From a virus (lineage: Duplodnaviria; Caudoviricetes): 40,728 nt of DNA. The DNA lies in the IMG/VR virus record IMGVR_UViG_3300034100_000027, positions 1 to 40,728 of that record, one strand, 5' to 3'. The notes beneath the pieces are model-generated. The model did no database searches, was not told the origin of the DNA, and was given only the letters and a program-made list of their open reading frames with translations. This document shows positions 27,069-36,892 of the stretch, in pieces. The position numbers were made by a program, and so were the translations under genes. How positions within the stretch are numbered: position 1 is the first letter of the stretch; each line of letters starts with the position of its first letter.

Positions 27069-29387
27069 TCAGACGCTGGTGACGCGGATATCGGCGCCGT
27101 TGCCGGCGGCCTCGTTGATTAACGGGATGATCTGATCCACAACTTGTGAATAGCTGAACTGGCTGCCTTGCAGCACAAGGCTGACCTGGGTCTTGGGCGC
27201 CGCTATCTGCGCGTTGGGCGCCGCAATGGGTTGCACGGGGATGCCCGGCGTGGTGCTGAAACTGGGCACGCCGCCGCCGGGGGCGCTGATGCCGCCGCCC
27301 CCACCACCGCCGAACTGCGTGCTGTTGATGGCGTCGATTTGCGCGGCGGTGAAGGCCAAGGCAATGCCGGCCTCCAGGGCGCCGCCGGCGACGCCGCCCC
27401 AAGTAGAGCCATGCGCGTATGCCGCTTGCACGGCCTGGTAGCCCTTGATGCCGGCGTTGGCCAGGCTGGCGACTTTGTTGACCTCGAACGCGGCGCGGCT
27501 GTGGCCCGCCAGGCCGGCGCTGAGTTGCTGCGCCAAAGACATGGCGTTGCCATACTCGCCCTTGCGCAGGTTTTCTGAAATATTGGCGACAGAGACTTCG
27601 CTCTTTAGACGACGCTGGTCGGCCTCGTTGCGCACGGCCGCGATGCGGGCTGCATATTCTTCCTCGATCAGACTTTTGCGCGACTGATAGGCAATTTCAG
27701 CCTCAAGCGACCACGCGTGTTTTTCCGTCTCAATTTGGCGCTCGCGGTCGAGCGCCTCGCGTTTTTGCTGGACCTGGCGGTCGAGTTGGTCTTGCGCCAT
27801 CTGCACCTGTAGGTCGACCACCTCGCGCTCGCCAAGAATGCCGGCACGCATGCTTGCGGCGCGAATCTGCTCCTGCATTCCCAGGTCCGCGAGCACGCCG
27901 AGCGAGGCGGCGCGGGCCTGGCTCAGCTCATAGGTGGCTTTGGCGGCGTACTTGAGCGCCTCTTCTTCTTCCTTTTGTTGCTTGATCCGGGCGTCGGCCG
28001 CCATGACGTTGTTGGCAGCCGCCTGGGCCTGCTCAATATCAGCTTGCGTCGCGCCCTTCTTGGCCAGTTCGTAGACCTTGATTTGCGCGGGCAGCACGCC
28101 CAAGGCTTCCATCTGCTTTTTGAAGGTGTCGGATTCCATCGACGATACGGCGCCCTGCACTTCAAGAGCGACCTTGAGGGATTCCACCATCTTGGCTGCG
28201 GCCTGGGCCTTCTGGAGCTGCGCATCGGTGGCGCCCATCATGGCGAGCTGGTAGACCTTGACTTGCTCAGGCAGCACGCCGAGCAACTGCATCTGCTTTT
28301 GGAACTGCTCGTTTTGCAGCGCGGTGATGGCAAGATCGGCAGGGTCCGCCTTGGCCTCTGGCCCCAAGGCTTTGAGCAAAGAGGCCCCCGCATTGGCCGA
28401 CTGACCGCGTGTCATGCCGAGGCGGCGCGTCTCTGCCGGGGATTGATTGTTTTCAGAGTCTTGGAGCGCAATGCTGCGCTGCATCTCCTTCAAGTAGCGC
28501 AGCTTTTTTTGAAGGTCTTCAATGTCTGCGTCATACGCTGCGGTGCTGAACCCTTTTGCGAGATAGTCCGCCCGTGATTTCTTCAGACTCTCCAGCTCCG
28601 CTGTATAGGATCTGATGTTCTCTGTTTGACTGAGAAACGGATTGATGGTGCCAAAGGTCACGATGGAGTCCAACAAGCCATCGGCATTTTTTTGTCCGAT
28701 TGCGAACTGCTCAAGCGCATTGTTGAGCGTTGGCAAAAGCTTGTTGGCAAGAATGACAGCGGTGTCACTGGAGCGCAGCTTCAGCTCGGCCAGGCTGTCA
28801 TTGAAGCGGTCCGCCTGTTTGGCCATTTCGGCAGTGATGGGCACAAGCTGGTGCCCTCGCTCTATCATGCGTCTGATGCCATCCGAGCCCTCCATGAGCA
28901 GCGGGATCATTTCATCGCCTGACTTGCCGAAAATCTTGACCGCCAGGGCGCTGCGCTTTACCGGGTCTTCCATGGCGGCGAAGACGTCGCCCAACTGGAT
29001 CAGTGCCTCTGTCTGGTTGGTGGTGCTGATGCCGAGCTTGTGATAGATATCACGGTTCTCATGGAGCGATACCGAGAGCTTCTTGGTCCCGTTGGCCACG
29101 GCCTCCAAGCTGGTGCCTGACTGCTCTGCGGCCAAGCGCAGACCAGACAGAGTTTCAACGCTGGCGCCGGTGCGCTTTGACAGGTCGTTGAGCGAGTCGG
29201 CAAGATCGATGCTTTTCTTGATCGCCACCGCCAATACACCCGCTGACATGGCCGCGCTGAATTCGGTGAGGCTGCCCCTCAGGCCCAAGAACTTTTCGTC
29301 AACCTCTTTGACCCTGCCGCCGAGGTTTTGGAGAGCTTGCTCGGCCTGCGTGGTCTCGGCGGTGATCTTGATTTTGGATTCAGCCAT
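27069..29387 (-). CDS. Tail tape measure protein
   Basis: 772 aa, helical, Ala/Gln-rich; LNDLSKRTGASVETLS..IFGKSG; follows the chaperone genes. Confidence 0.9.
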   Translation of the reverse strand: MAESKIKITAETTQAEQALQNLGGRVKEVDEKFLGLRGSLTEFSAAMSAGVLAVAIKKSIDLADSLNDLSKRTGASVETLSGLRLAAEQSGTSLEAVANGTKKLSVSLHENRDIYHKLGISTTNQTEALIQLGDVFAAMEDPVKRSALAVKIFGKSGDEMIPLLMEGSDGIRRMIERGHQLVPITAEMAKQADRFNDSLAELKLRSSDTAVILANKLLPTLNNALEQFAIGQKNADGLLDSIVTFGTINPFLSQTENIRSYTAELESLKKSRADYLAKGFSTAAYDADIEDLQKKLRYLKEMQRSIALQDSENNQSPAETRRLGMTRGQSANAGASLLKALGPEAKADPADLAITALQNEQFQKQMQLLGVLPEQVKVYQLAMMGATDAQLQKAQAAAKMVESLKVALEVQGAVSSMESDTFKKQMEALGVLPAQIKVYELAKKGATQADIEQAQAAANNVMAADARIKQQKEEEEALKYAAKATYELSQARAASLGVLADLGMQEQIRAASMRAGILGEREVVDLQVQMAQDQLDRQVQQKREALDRERQIETEKHAWSLEAEIAYQSRKSLIEEEYAARIAAVRNEADQRRLKSEVSVANISENLRKGEYGNAMSLAQQLSAGLAGHSRAAFEVNKVASLANAGIKGYQAVQAAYAHGSTWGGVAGGALEAGIALAFTAAQIDAINSTQFGGGGGGGISAPGGGVPSFSTTPGIPVQPIAAPNAQIAAPKTQVSLVLQGSQFSYSQVVDQIIPLINEAAGNGADIRVTSV

Positions 29388-29745
29388 TTCGCTTCCGATT
29401 GAAAATCTGTAGCACCTCTTGCTCCATCACCTGCAGCGCATCGAGCGCCTCCCTGTAGTCTTTTTTCTTCACTCCTAGCGCCTCGAAGACCAGGCCCAGC
29501 GCCTCGTAGCGCATGCCGAGCACCACGCCCTGCGCGCCGACGGACCACTGCGTGGACATGAGCCTCAGAGCCGATAGGCTCTGTGCGTGATCGGGCCAAC
29601 ACGCGTTGACCGCCTCGGCGTCGATTCCAAGCGCCACGGCGCGTTTGCGCACTTCGCTCTCTGGCACGCCTGAGCGGCGCATCATCTGCAGCTCGTCCGC
29701 GTCGCTGCTGCCGTAGAGGGCGGCAGCGACGCTTTTCAGTTTTTT
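29380..29745 (-). CDS. Tail assembly chaperone gpT part (DUF1799-like), reached by -1 frameshift
   Basis: WPDH..MSTQWSVG..GMRYEAL..LQVMEQEVL. Confidence 0.75.
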   Translation of the reverse strand, partial: KKLKSVAAALYGSSDADELQMMRRSGVPESEVRKRAVALGIDAEAVNACWPDHAQSLSALRLMSTQWSVGAQGVVLGMRYEALGLVFEALGVKKKDYREALDALQVMEQEVLQIFNRKRNG

Positions 29746-30113
29746 CGCCTGCCCTCCTCCAGACCGCTGAAGAAGGCGGCGAGCACGCTGATGTAGGAGC
29801 CCGGGATCTGCGTGAACAGGGTGCGCAGCGCGGCGCGGCTGTACGGGAGGTCGAACCCCTCCCATGACTCGATGAGCTCGGCCGCCAGGTCAAGGAGGCC
29901 GGCGCGGCGGCGTGCGCGCCAGCACAGCTTGAGGTAGACCCAGGCGCGCATCAGCGCGTTGGCGTTGACGACCTTCGCCAGGATGCCGATCTCGCGCAAG
30001 CGCGCGCGGCTGATGACGCGGTAGGTGATGCGCGCCTCTTGCGGTTGCTCCACGCCGGGCACGGCCAGGGCGACGGGCACGGTGAAGGTGGCGTTTTCGG
30101 TGAGCTTGATCAT
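29736..30113 (-). CDS. Tail assembly chaperone gpG
   Basis: Lies between tail tube and tape measure genes; ends GRRKN on slippery AAAAAAC. Confidence 0.8.
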   Translation of the reverse strand: MIKLTENATFTVPVALAVPGVEQPQEARITYRVISRARLREIGILAKVVNANALMRAWVYLKLCWRARRRAGLLDLAAELIESWEGFDLPYSRAALRTLFTQIPGSYISVLAAFFSGLEEGRRKN

Positions 30114-30132
30114 GTGCGTGCTTGCCCGCTTG

Positions 30133-31107
30133 TCATTGGGTGACGATGCGCCAGTCGTCATTGCCCGCCAGGGGGTGCACGGTGAAGCCGAAGCCGTGCA
30201 TGCGCACGCCGTTGACGTCTTGTTGGCTGGGCGGCGGCAGGGTGATGGCGGGGCAGTAGAAGATGAGCTTGTTGCCCGCCGTCAGGCCCAGGGTGAAGCC
30301 CAGCGACTGCTGCGCGGCGGTCTTGATGGACGTGAGCATGGAGACGTACTGCGCGGCGGTCAGCTCCATGGTGACGCTGCCCGAGGCGGTGCGGCCAGAG
30401 CTGTCGGTGCGCTGGGCGCTCAGGGTGTCGACGAAGTCGGTTTTGACGCCCAGGTCCAGCTCCAGGCCCTGGCTGGGGTAGACGACGCCGCCGCTGAGCG
30501 CGCCGGCGCTGTAGCTGCAGCCCAGGGTGATGTCAACCACGTTGGCCTTGGTGGCGACGGGCGGCGTCTTCCATGCGGTAAAGGTCTGCGCGGGGTTGGC
30601 GACTGCGGTGTCGCCGCCGTCAAGGCCAATGAAGTCAAACGCGGCGGTGGCGCGGTCTCCGATCTTGGCGCTGATCTTGGCGCTGCCGATGCAGCCCAGG
30701 AGCTTGTGCAGGACGCCGTCGTCCCAGACGTAGATGGTGAGCGTCTTGAGCGCGACCGTGCTGCTGGGGGTGTAGGGTGTGTACTCCACGCGGCTGGGCG
30801 TGGAGAGCAGCGCCTCGGAGCCCAGGCAGCCGATGAAGAGGTCGCCATACTGGGGCGCGGTGGCGGCGGCGCCGCTGCCGGCGAGCTCAACGGTGAAGCT
30901 GACCTTTTTGAACATGCTGCCCGCGAGTTTGTCGGGCGAGCCGAAGTAGCCGCGCAGGAGGTTGCGGTCGACGAAGCGGCCCTCGATGGGGGTCACTTTG
31001 CAGTCCGTCACCAGCACCGCGTCTGCGATGTTGGTGGGCGCGGCGTCGGTGCCGGCGGTGGTCTCGGCCTTGGCCTGGACGAAGGTGTTGCCGATGTAGC
31101 GGGTCAT
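30133..31107 (-). CDS. Major tail tube protein
   Basis: AKAETTAGTDAAPT, FTVELAGSG..TAP; position in the tail module. Confidence 0.8.
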   Translation of the reverse strand: MTRYIGNTFVQAKAETTAGTDAAPTNIADAVLVTDCKVTPIEGRFVDRNLLRGYFGSPDKLAGSMFKKVSFTVELAGSGAAATAPQYGDLFIGCLGSEALLSTPSRVEYTPYTPSSTVALKTLTIYVWDDGVLHKLLGCIGSAKISAKIGDRATAAFDFIGLDGGDTAVANPAQTFTAWKTPPVATKANVVDITLGCSYSAGALSGGVVYPSQGLELDLGVKTDFVDTLSAQRTDSSGRTASGSVTMELTAAQYVSMLTSIKTAAQQSLGFTLGLTAGNKLIFYCPAITLPPPSQQDVNGVRMHGFGFTVHPLAGNDDWRIVTQ

Positions 31108-31113
31108 GGTGTG

Positions 31114-31350
31114 TTACTCCTGCGGCGCGGGGGCGGCGCTTGGGTCAAGGGGTTGCTGCTGGCGCTTGCCGCGCGGCGCATTGGGCGCGGCGGCCGACTG
31201 CTCGGCGGCTGCGGCTGCGGCTTCATCGGCGGCGTTTTGGCGTGCGCTGTGCTCGGCGGCTTCGTCGGCGGTGAGCGAGACCCATAGGTCTTGCGCTTCG
31301 TCCCAGCGCCAGGTGCCGCCGCCGGGGGGGGTGGATGTGGGTTGGCCCAT
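31114..31350 (-). CDS. Hypothetical protein
   Basis: GAGGAG RBS; PPGGGTWRWD motif. Confidence 0.65.
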   Translation of the reverse strand: MGQPTSTPPGGGTWRWDEAQDLWVSLTADEAAEHSARQNAADEAAAAAAEQSAAAPNAPRGKRQQQPLDPSAAPAPQE

Positions 31351-31372
31351 GGTGTGTGTCTCCTCGGGGGTG

Positions 31373-31813
31373 TCAGGTCAGGTTGGTGTTGGTGGTGCGG
31401 TGGATGACGGTCATGTGCATCTCGCACGCAGCCATGCGGTGCGCCTTGCGCGCAGCGGCCCAGTTGAGCTGTAGCTCGGGGTGCAGGTGCGCGCCGTTGC
31501 CCAGACCCAGATCGGGCGTGGCCATGAGGCGCGCATAGACGGCGGCCACCAGCGCGTTGGCGGCCTGGCGCGCAGTAGCGCCCGTGGTGGCCTTGGCGTG
31601 GCAGGTGATGCGCACCGGCGTTTGCCAGTCGAGCGGGTTGCCGGTGAGGCCGCCCAGCGTGGCGGCGGCGCTGTTGCCAAGGTCTATCTCGACGGCCTGG
31701 GAGATTTCCTCGGGAAATTCGTCCACCTCATCGGTGCGGATGGTGGTGCACACGGCGGGCGCGCCGGCCAGCAGCGCGGCGACGCTGTCGATGATTTGGT
31801 CAAACGCTGTCAT
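31373..31813 (-). CDS. Tail terminator-like protein
   Basis: Position and size; VYARLMATPDLGL. Confidence 0.6.
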   Translation of the reverse strand: MTAFDQIIDSVAALLAGAPAVCTTIRTDEVDEFPEEISQAVEIDLGNSAAATLGGLTGNPLDWQTPVRITCHAKATTGATARQAANALVAAVYARLMATPDLGLGNGAHLHPELQLNWAAARKAHRMAACEMHMTVIHRTTNTNLT

Positions 31814-32121
31814 GGCACGCTCACGCGCTCAAGACCGAGCACGCTCACGCCGGCGCCGTCGGGCTCGTGCGTGGCGATGATGTAGCTCACGCCACCCACC
31901 ACCACGGGCTTGCCCTTGGGCGAGGCAGGCACGCTGGCGGTGGGCAGAGTGATGGTGGGCTCGGTGCTGGCCATGCCGATGGCGCCGACGTTGCCCAGGG
32001 CGTAGCCGTTGTCGAAGATGACGTCCGTCTGCGCGCCGTTGATGGTGGCGAGCGCGTTCGCAAGCCGCCTGAAAACAGCCGCGTTGATGCGCGTCTGCAA
32101 CGCAGCGAACGGTGCGGGCAT
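31810..32121 (-). CDS. Head-tail joining protein (gpFII-like)
   Basis: VIFD..EPDGAGVSVLGL; position. Confidence 0.7.
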   Translation of the reverse strand: MPAPFAALQTRINAAVFRRLANALATINGAQTDVIFDNGYALGNVGAIGMASTEPTITLPTASVPASPKGKPVVVGGVSYIIATHEPDGAGVSVLGLERVSVP

Positions 32122-32150
32122 GGACCTGGCTCCCTGGGTGTTGCGTCAGG

Positions 32151-32495
32151 TCAGGTGGCGACCGGCAGCAGCTGCACCAGCTTCATGTTGACGGTGGCGG
32201 ACGGGTTGGCCGCGGCCGCCACGGCCACGCCGACGCACTGCTGCGCGGTGGCGGTCTTATTGACGACCTTGTTGACCGAGTCCCAGTAGAGACGGTCGCC
32301 GACAGAGATTGCCAGGGCGCTGGTCTTGGCGATGTCAACCACGCCATCGGTCTGGAATTCGCCGGGCGTGTTGATGGCGACATCGCCCCTGGCGACACCG
32401 AAGAGGGCTTGGCCGAACAGGTAGCCGACGCCGGATGCAACGGCGGCGGCGGGGGTCAGGGTGAGGGTTTCACCGTCCTGCACATAGTTTTTCAT
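32151..32495 (-). CDS. Capsid cement/DUF2190 protein
   Basis: MKNYVQDG..GDRLYWD signature. Confidence 0.85.
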   Translation of the reverse strand: MKNYVQDGETLTLTPAAAVASGVGYLFGQALFGVARGDVAINTPGEFQTDGVVDIAKTSALAISVGDRLYWDSVNKVVNKTATAQQCVGVAVAAAANPSATVNMKLVQLLPVAT

Positions 32496-32562
32496 GAGGT
32501 TGCTCCGAAAATTGAATGGTTGGCTTGGCTCCCCAGGCCATCAGGCCCGGGGCTGTGCGTTA

Positions 32563-34605
32563 TCAGACGCCGGCTGCCTTGTAGAGGCCGCGGTAGTCGA
32601 TGTCGTTGGCGGCGAAGTCGAGGCGGCACTTGTAGTTGACGCCGTCGGTCTCGAAGCCGACTTCGCTTTCGATGACAGGGCCCTCGGCGCCGTCGAGGTA
32701 GCAGTATTCGACGGTGTCGATCTGCGAGCTGGCGGCAGCCAGGTACCAGGCGGTGGCGCTGGTGGCGTCGAGCACGGGCTCCACCACCGGCGTGAGGGCC
32801 GTGCGCCCGCCGGTGCGGAACTCGTTGACCTCGGCCTTGGTGCTGGGCACGTAGTTGCTGCTGGTGAGCTGGTAGGCCGTTTGCTCCAGCGCGGCGGGCA
32901 CGATGAGGTAGCTCGGCGCGAGGTTGAGCTCTTCGCTGGCCAGGCCTTTTTGCAGGCGCATTTTGGTGCGGCCGCTGGTCAGGGCGCTGATCTGCAGCGC
33001 GGTGCCGGCGCCTGTGTCGTAGTTGGCGTGCGTGGCATTGAACAGGGCCACGCCGTCGGCCATGTTGGCGTTGGCCGTCAGGATGCTGTAGACGGTGCGG
33101 TTTTCCAGGCGGCGCGCAGCGAAGCCGAAGGCGGACACCATGCGCTCGAAGGCGCGCAGGTCGTCGTTGACGATGGCCTGGCGGGTGAGCGAGACGATGC
33201 GCCCGTAGGTCAGCATCGAATAGGTCTCGGCGCCGTCGGTCATCTTGCCGTACTTGAACTCGCCGTGTTCGTTGACCTGCAGCAGATCGGGCGCGCCGGA
33301 GAGCTGCACGACGGACATGTTCTTGAAGTCCGGTGCGTTGGGGGCGCGGCGCGCCCACAGGCTGTAGGTGCCGGGGTTTTCGTCGTAGGCGTTGCGCAAG
33401 CGCTTGTTGGCGACGTTGGCAAACAGGCTGGTGAAGTCGCTGGTGCCCATGGAGCCGCCGGCACGGAAGTGCAGCATGCGCTGCGCCAGGGCCATGCGGT
33501 CCATGCCGCGGGTGTTGACGCCGTTGGCTTCCAGGAAGTCGCGCCCGATTTCAAGCAGGCTCATGCCGCGGTACTGGCGGCCGTTGTCGTCGAGCTGGGT
33601 GGCCGGTGCAATGCGGTGCAGGATGGCCTGCTCGATGCCGGCCATGCGCACCTGCATCTGGTCGGTGACGGTCTCGATCCGGCCGCCGACGTTGCGGTGG
33701 CCGCCGGCTGCGGCGTCACGGTGCGCCAGGGTGTCGAGGATTTTGCTGCGCGCGACGGCCACGTCAGCGCCGGAGCGGATGAGCTCGGGCGCGAGGTGGG
33801 CGACGTTGTGGCGGGAGCACAGTTCGCTGATTTCGGCGGTGCGCGCCAGGATGTCGGCGCTGTGGTCCACTGCCGCAGTGGGCGCGGAAGCTTGTGCAGC
33901 AGGCGCGGCGGCGGTGGGCTGGGCGCGGGTGTTGTCGGGGGTGGCGGGCGATGCTGCTGCGGCGCCGCCGGGCTGGTCTTTCGGATCCATGCGGGTTTCC
34001 TCTTGGGGTTGTTGGGCGGCTGCCCGGGTGGGGTCGGTGATGAACTCGCACGGCCAATCGCCTTGCGAGGGTTTCGCGCGGGTGCCGCTGCCGGCATCTG
34101 AGGGAACTGGTACGAAGCTGATCTCGGCCGGCGTCCAGCGCTCGGCGCGGTACAGGGGCACGGTGCCGCCGTCGGTGCGGCTTTCGGCGGGGACGATGAC
34201 GTAGCGCTGCACGGTGTAGCCGGCGCTGATGTGGCGGATGACGCCGCTTTGAATGTCGGCCACGATGCCGGCGAGCTCGGGGCGCTCGCTCAGGCGCACG
34301 GTGGCGCGGCCCTGCACGCCGTCGATCCAGGCGCGCTCGACCACGCCGATGATCTGGTTGAGGTCGTACTGGCCGTGGGTGTTGAGCACGCTGGCGCCGG
34401 CGTTCATGCGGGCGAGGTCCACCGCGTCGGCGCTGACGACGAGTTCTTCGTCGTAGTAGCGTTCGTTCCACCAGTCATAGCGGCGCACGATGGCGCCGGT
34501 GGTCCATACCACCTCCACCGTGCGCTTTTCAGCGTCGAACGTGGAGGGCTCGATCTGCGCGGCCCGCAACAGGGCGGGCAGCAGGTGGGTGGTGTTCATG
34601 TCCAT
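32563..34605 (-). CDS. Prohead protease-major capsid fusion protein
   Basis: N-terminal protease (VLNTH, ISAGY, EISFVPVPSD), scaffold-like linker, C-terminal capsid (TSDF..DFK..YGR..DYRGLYK); start uncertain (34599-34614). Confidence 0.9.
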   Translation of the reverse strand: MDMNTTHLLPALLRAAQIEPSTFDAEKRTVEVVWTTGAIVRRYDWWNERYYDEELVVSADAVDLARMNAGASVLNTHGQYDLNQIIGVVERAWIDGVQGRATVRLSERPELAGIVADIQSGVIRHISAGYTVQRYVIVPAESRTDGGTVPLYRAERWTPAEISFVPVPSDAGSGTRAKPSQGDWPCEFITDPTRAAAQQPQEETRMDPKDQPGGAAAASPATPDNTRAQPTAAAPAAQASAPTAAVDHSADILARTAEISELCSRHNVAHLAPELIRSGADVAVARSKILDTLAHRDAAAGGHRNVGGRIETVTDQMQVRMAGIEQAILHRIAPATQLDDNGRQYRGMSLLEIGRDFLEANGVNTRGMDRMALAQRMLHFRAGGSMGTSDFTSLFANVANKRLRNAYDENPGTYSLWARRAPNAPDFKNMSVVQLSGAPDLLQVNEHGEFKYGKMTDGAETYSMLTYGRIVSLTRQAIVNDDLRAFERMVSAFGFAARRLENRTVYSILTANANMADGVALFNATHANYDTGAGTALQISALTSGRTKMRLQKGLASEELNLAPSYLIVPAALEQTAYQLTSSNYVPSTKAEVNEFRTGGRTALTPVVEPVLDATSATAWYLAAASSQIDTVEYCYLDGAEGPVIESEVGFETDGVNYKCRLDFAANDIDYRGLYKAAGV

Positions 34606-34627
34606 GGGCATCACTGTGCCGATGGCG

Positions 34628-34654
34628 CTTTCTCATTTCCCGGAAAACTGAGAA
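34628..34654. promoter_or_regulatory. Late-activator binding site, copy 1
   Basis: CTTTCTCATTTCCCGGAAAACTGAGAA, imperfect palindrome, identical to 36523-36549. Confidence 0.75.
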
Positions 34655-34668
34655 TATTTAACAGCCGC

Positions 34669-36258
34669 TCAAAGGCCGAGGCCGAGCTGCGGTGAGGATG
34701 CGGCGTCTGCGGGTTCGGCAGTGGTGCGGGCTGGCTGCTTTTTCCTGGCCGATGTTGCGCTGGCCTGCGCGATGGCGCGGCTCGATGCGCCCATGGTGGC
34801 GCCCGTCTGTTGCTGGCCGGTCTGCAGTTGCAGGATGAGGTCGAGCGTGCCGTCGGCGCGCAGGCGCTCCATGTCGCTCTTGATTTCCTTGAACACCAGG
34901 TCTGGCTTGTAGCCGCGGCGGCGCAGTTTTTCACTGATGGAAGACAGGCCGCCGGAGATCTCCGCCAGGTCGGCCTTGACGTCCTGCTCGGGGTTGACGT
35001 AGTCCCACTTCGGGGTGGACCAGTCGCAGGTGTAGTCTGCCCGGCGCACTTTGCCGGCGAGGACGGCGGCGTCTATGAAGGCGCGCCAGATGGGGGCGCA
35101 CATCTTGGGGATGAGGGTGACCCATTGCGTGTGCTCTGCGCCACGGCGGAACTCCAGCAGGGCCACGCGGGCGCTGCTGAAGCTGGTGTCCTTCACGTCG
35201 CCGGTGAGCATTTCATAGGTGACGCCCATGCCGGCGGCGATAAGGTGCAGCTGGTGCTTGACGTAGTCCACATACCCGGGCGCGGCCTTGGGCTCGACGA
35301 GGGTGAGGTTCATGCCCGCCGGGGTGTTGACGATGCCGCCGCTGGGGAGTTGACCGAGCTCGCCGGTGGTTTTGACTTCGTCCGGGTTGGGTGCATCGGG
35401 CCCGTTGGCCATGAGAGATGCGTCGCCGCTGGCGAGCACGCCCAGGCGGGTTTCGAGGTTTTTGCGCTGTAGCTCCGCGTCTTCGTACAACTGCAGGTCA
35501 CGCACACGGGAGATGATGGGCGCCAGGCGGGTGAAGCCACGGCCCTGCCCCGGGCGCTTGGGGTTGTAGAGGTGGATGATCCGGTCTGCCGGCACGGGAC
35601 GGCTGGTGCGCAGGCTTCTGAATGTCTGCGCATCGCCGGGGTGCTGGTCGTAGAGCCAGTAGAAGACTTTGCGGCCCAGCGGGTCGTATTCGATACCGCC
35701 GATGATGGTGTTGGGGCCGTTGGTGCCGCTTTTGGTGCTGTCGATCCAGTCGATCTCCAGCAGCTGCAACTGCAGCGGCACGGGCAGGCCGTCGTCTGGC
35801 CGGCGTGCACGCAGGCGGATGAGCACCTCGCCATCCTGCTCCATGGCGTGGTAGGCGGCGGCCTGCAGGCCGTAGATGTCGCGCTCGCCGTCGGCGTCTG
35901 CCACGGCGCCCCACTCTTCCCACAGTTTGTCGATGGCGTCAGAGGCCGGCGCCAGGCTGCGCGGCGTGATGCCGGTGCCGATGACGTTGAAGACCAGCGA
36001 CTCCATGCCGTGGGCGATATAGGGCACGTTCTGCACCAGGGAGCGCGCACGCACGCGCAGCGTGCCGGCGTCTGCCAGGTGGTCTGCGTTGGCGCTGGCG
36101 CCGGGCCGGCGCGGGTGCCAGCCGTCTTTGGTGCTGGCGCCTTCGTAGGCGCGCTGCAGCAGCTCACGCGCACGCAGGCGGCGCAGGCCGGCGTTGGGGT
36201 CAATGGCGCCTATCAGCCGGTCGAGCAGGCTGGGGCTTGGCTTGCTGGGTACTGCCAT
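34669..36258 (-). CDS. Portal protein, lambda family
   Basis: RAYEGA, LRVRARSLVQN, GQGRG, YEMLTGD..SFSSAR, WDYVNPEQD. Confidence 0.93.
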   Translation of the reverse strand: MAVPSKPSPSLLDRLIGAIDPNAGLRRLRARELLQRAYEGASTKDGWHPRRPGASANADHLADAGTLRVRARSLVQNVPYIAHGMESLVFNVIGTGITPRSLAPASDAIDKLWEEWGAVADADGERDIYGLQAAAYHAMEQDGEVLIRLRARRPDDGLPVPLQLQLLEIDWIDSTKSGTNGPNTIIGGIEYDPLGRKVFYWLYDQHPGDAQTFRSLRTSRPVPADRIIHLYNPKRPGQGRGFTRLAPIISRVRDLQLYEDAELQRKNLETRLGVLASGDASLMANGPDAPNPDEVKTTGELGQLPSGGIVNTPAGMNLTLVEPKAAPGYVDYVKHQLHLIAAGMGVTYEMLTGDVKDTSFSSARVALLEFRRGAEHTQWVTLIPKMCAPIWRAFIDAAVLAGKVRRADYTCDWSTPKWDYVNPEQDVKADLAEISGGLSSISEKLRRRGYKPDLVFKEIKSDMERLRADGTLDLILQLQTGQQQTGATMGASSRAIAQASATSARKKQPARTTAEPADAASSPQLGLGL

Positions 36259-36261
36259 TGG

Positions 36262-36480
36262 TCAGTCTCCCCGGGCCGTGGTGAAGCGGAAGCTGTAGGC
36301 GGTGCGCGGTTTGTTGCCGACGCTGGCAGACGCCAGGTCGGCCTGGATGATGGCGCGTGCGCGCTCGAGGTCGGCCATGCTGCGATAGGTGACCTGCGAG
36401 CCGTTGGAGGCGCGCACGGTGAGTTCACCGGCGGCAATGGCGGCGTTGATGTTGTCGAGGTCGGTCTGGGTGAATGCCAT
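36262..36480 (-). CDS. Head-tail joining protein (gpW-like)
   Basis: MAFTQTDLD..AIAAGELTV..VTYRSMADL. Confidence 0.85.
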   Translation of the reverse strand: MAFTQTDLDNINAAIAAGELTVRASNGSQVTYRSMADLERARAIIQADLASASVGNKPRTAYSFRFTTARGD

Positions 36481-36522
36481 GGTGTCAGCGCCCTGGTTAC
36501 GGGGCTGACGTTATTCCTGTGC

Positions 36523-36549
36523 CTTTCTCATTTCCCGGAAAACTGAGAA
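36523..36549. promoter_or_regulatory. Late-activator binding site, copy 2
   Basis: 27-bp exact repeat of 34628-34654, upstream of gpW/portal. Confidence 0.75.
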
Positions 36550-36890
36550 AGTTTCTTGCGCCCGCCAGGCTGCTTGATGTGCCGGTACACGCTGGCGAGG
36601 CTGATGTTGAGCTTGCGCGCCACTTCCCTGGCGTTGCGTCCGTTGAATAGCGCCAGCACCTGCGTCACGGTTTCTTGTCGCGCTGTGGCGGGGCGTCCTG
36701 CGATGTAGCATTCCTCGCCCTTGAACTCTGCCCGCACGGAGGCCTTGAGCGCGTCGAGCTTTTTGCCCTGGGCTTCCGGCATGCGCTGCATGGCAAGGGA
36801 CAGCGCCGGGTCTTGAAAGATGTAGTCGAAGATGCGGTCGACCAGATCGGGCTCGGCCTCGATCATCTGCGGCAGGGTCTGTTTTGGCAT
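36528..36890 (-). CDS. Mor/C-family transcription activator
   Basis: EFKGEECYI..LFNGRNAREVARKLNISLASVYRHIK. Confidence 0.8.
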   Translation of the reverse strand: MPKQTLPQMIEAEPDLVDRIFDYIFQDPALSLAMQRMPEAQGKKLDALKASVRAEFKGEECYIAGRPATARQETVTQVLALFNGRNAREVARKLNISLASVYRHIKQPGGRKKLSQFSGK

Positions 36891-36892
36891 GG

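Noticed and set aside
32494-34101. Long plus-strand ORFs opposite structural genes (also 23118-24650, 30025-31287, 36884-37900)
   Set aside because: Antisense shadows expected in high-GC coding DNA; no motifs or RBS
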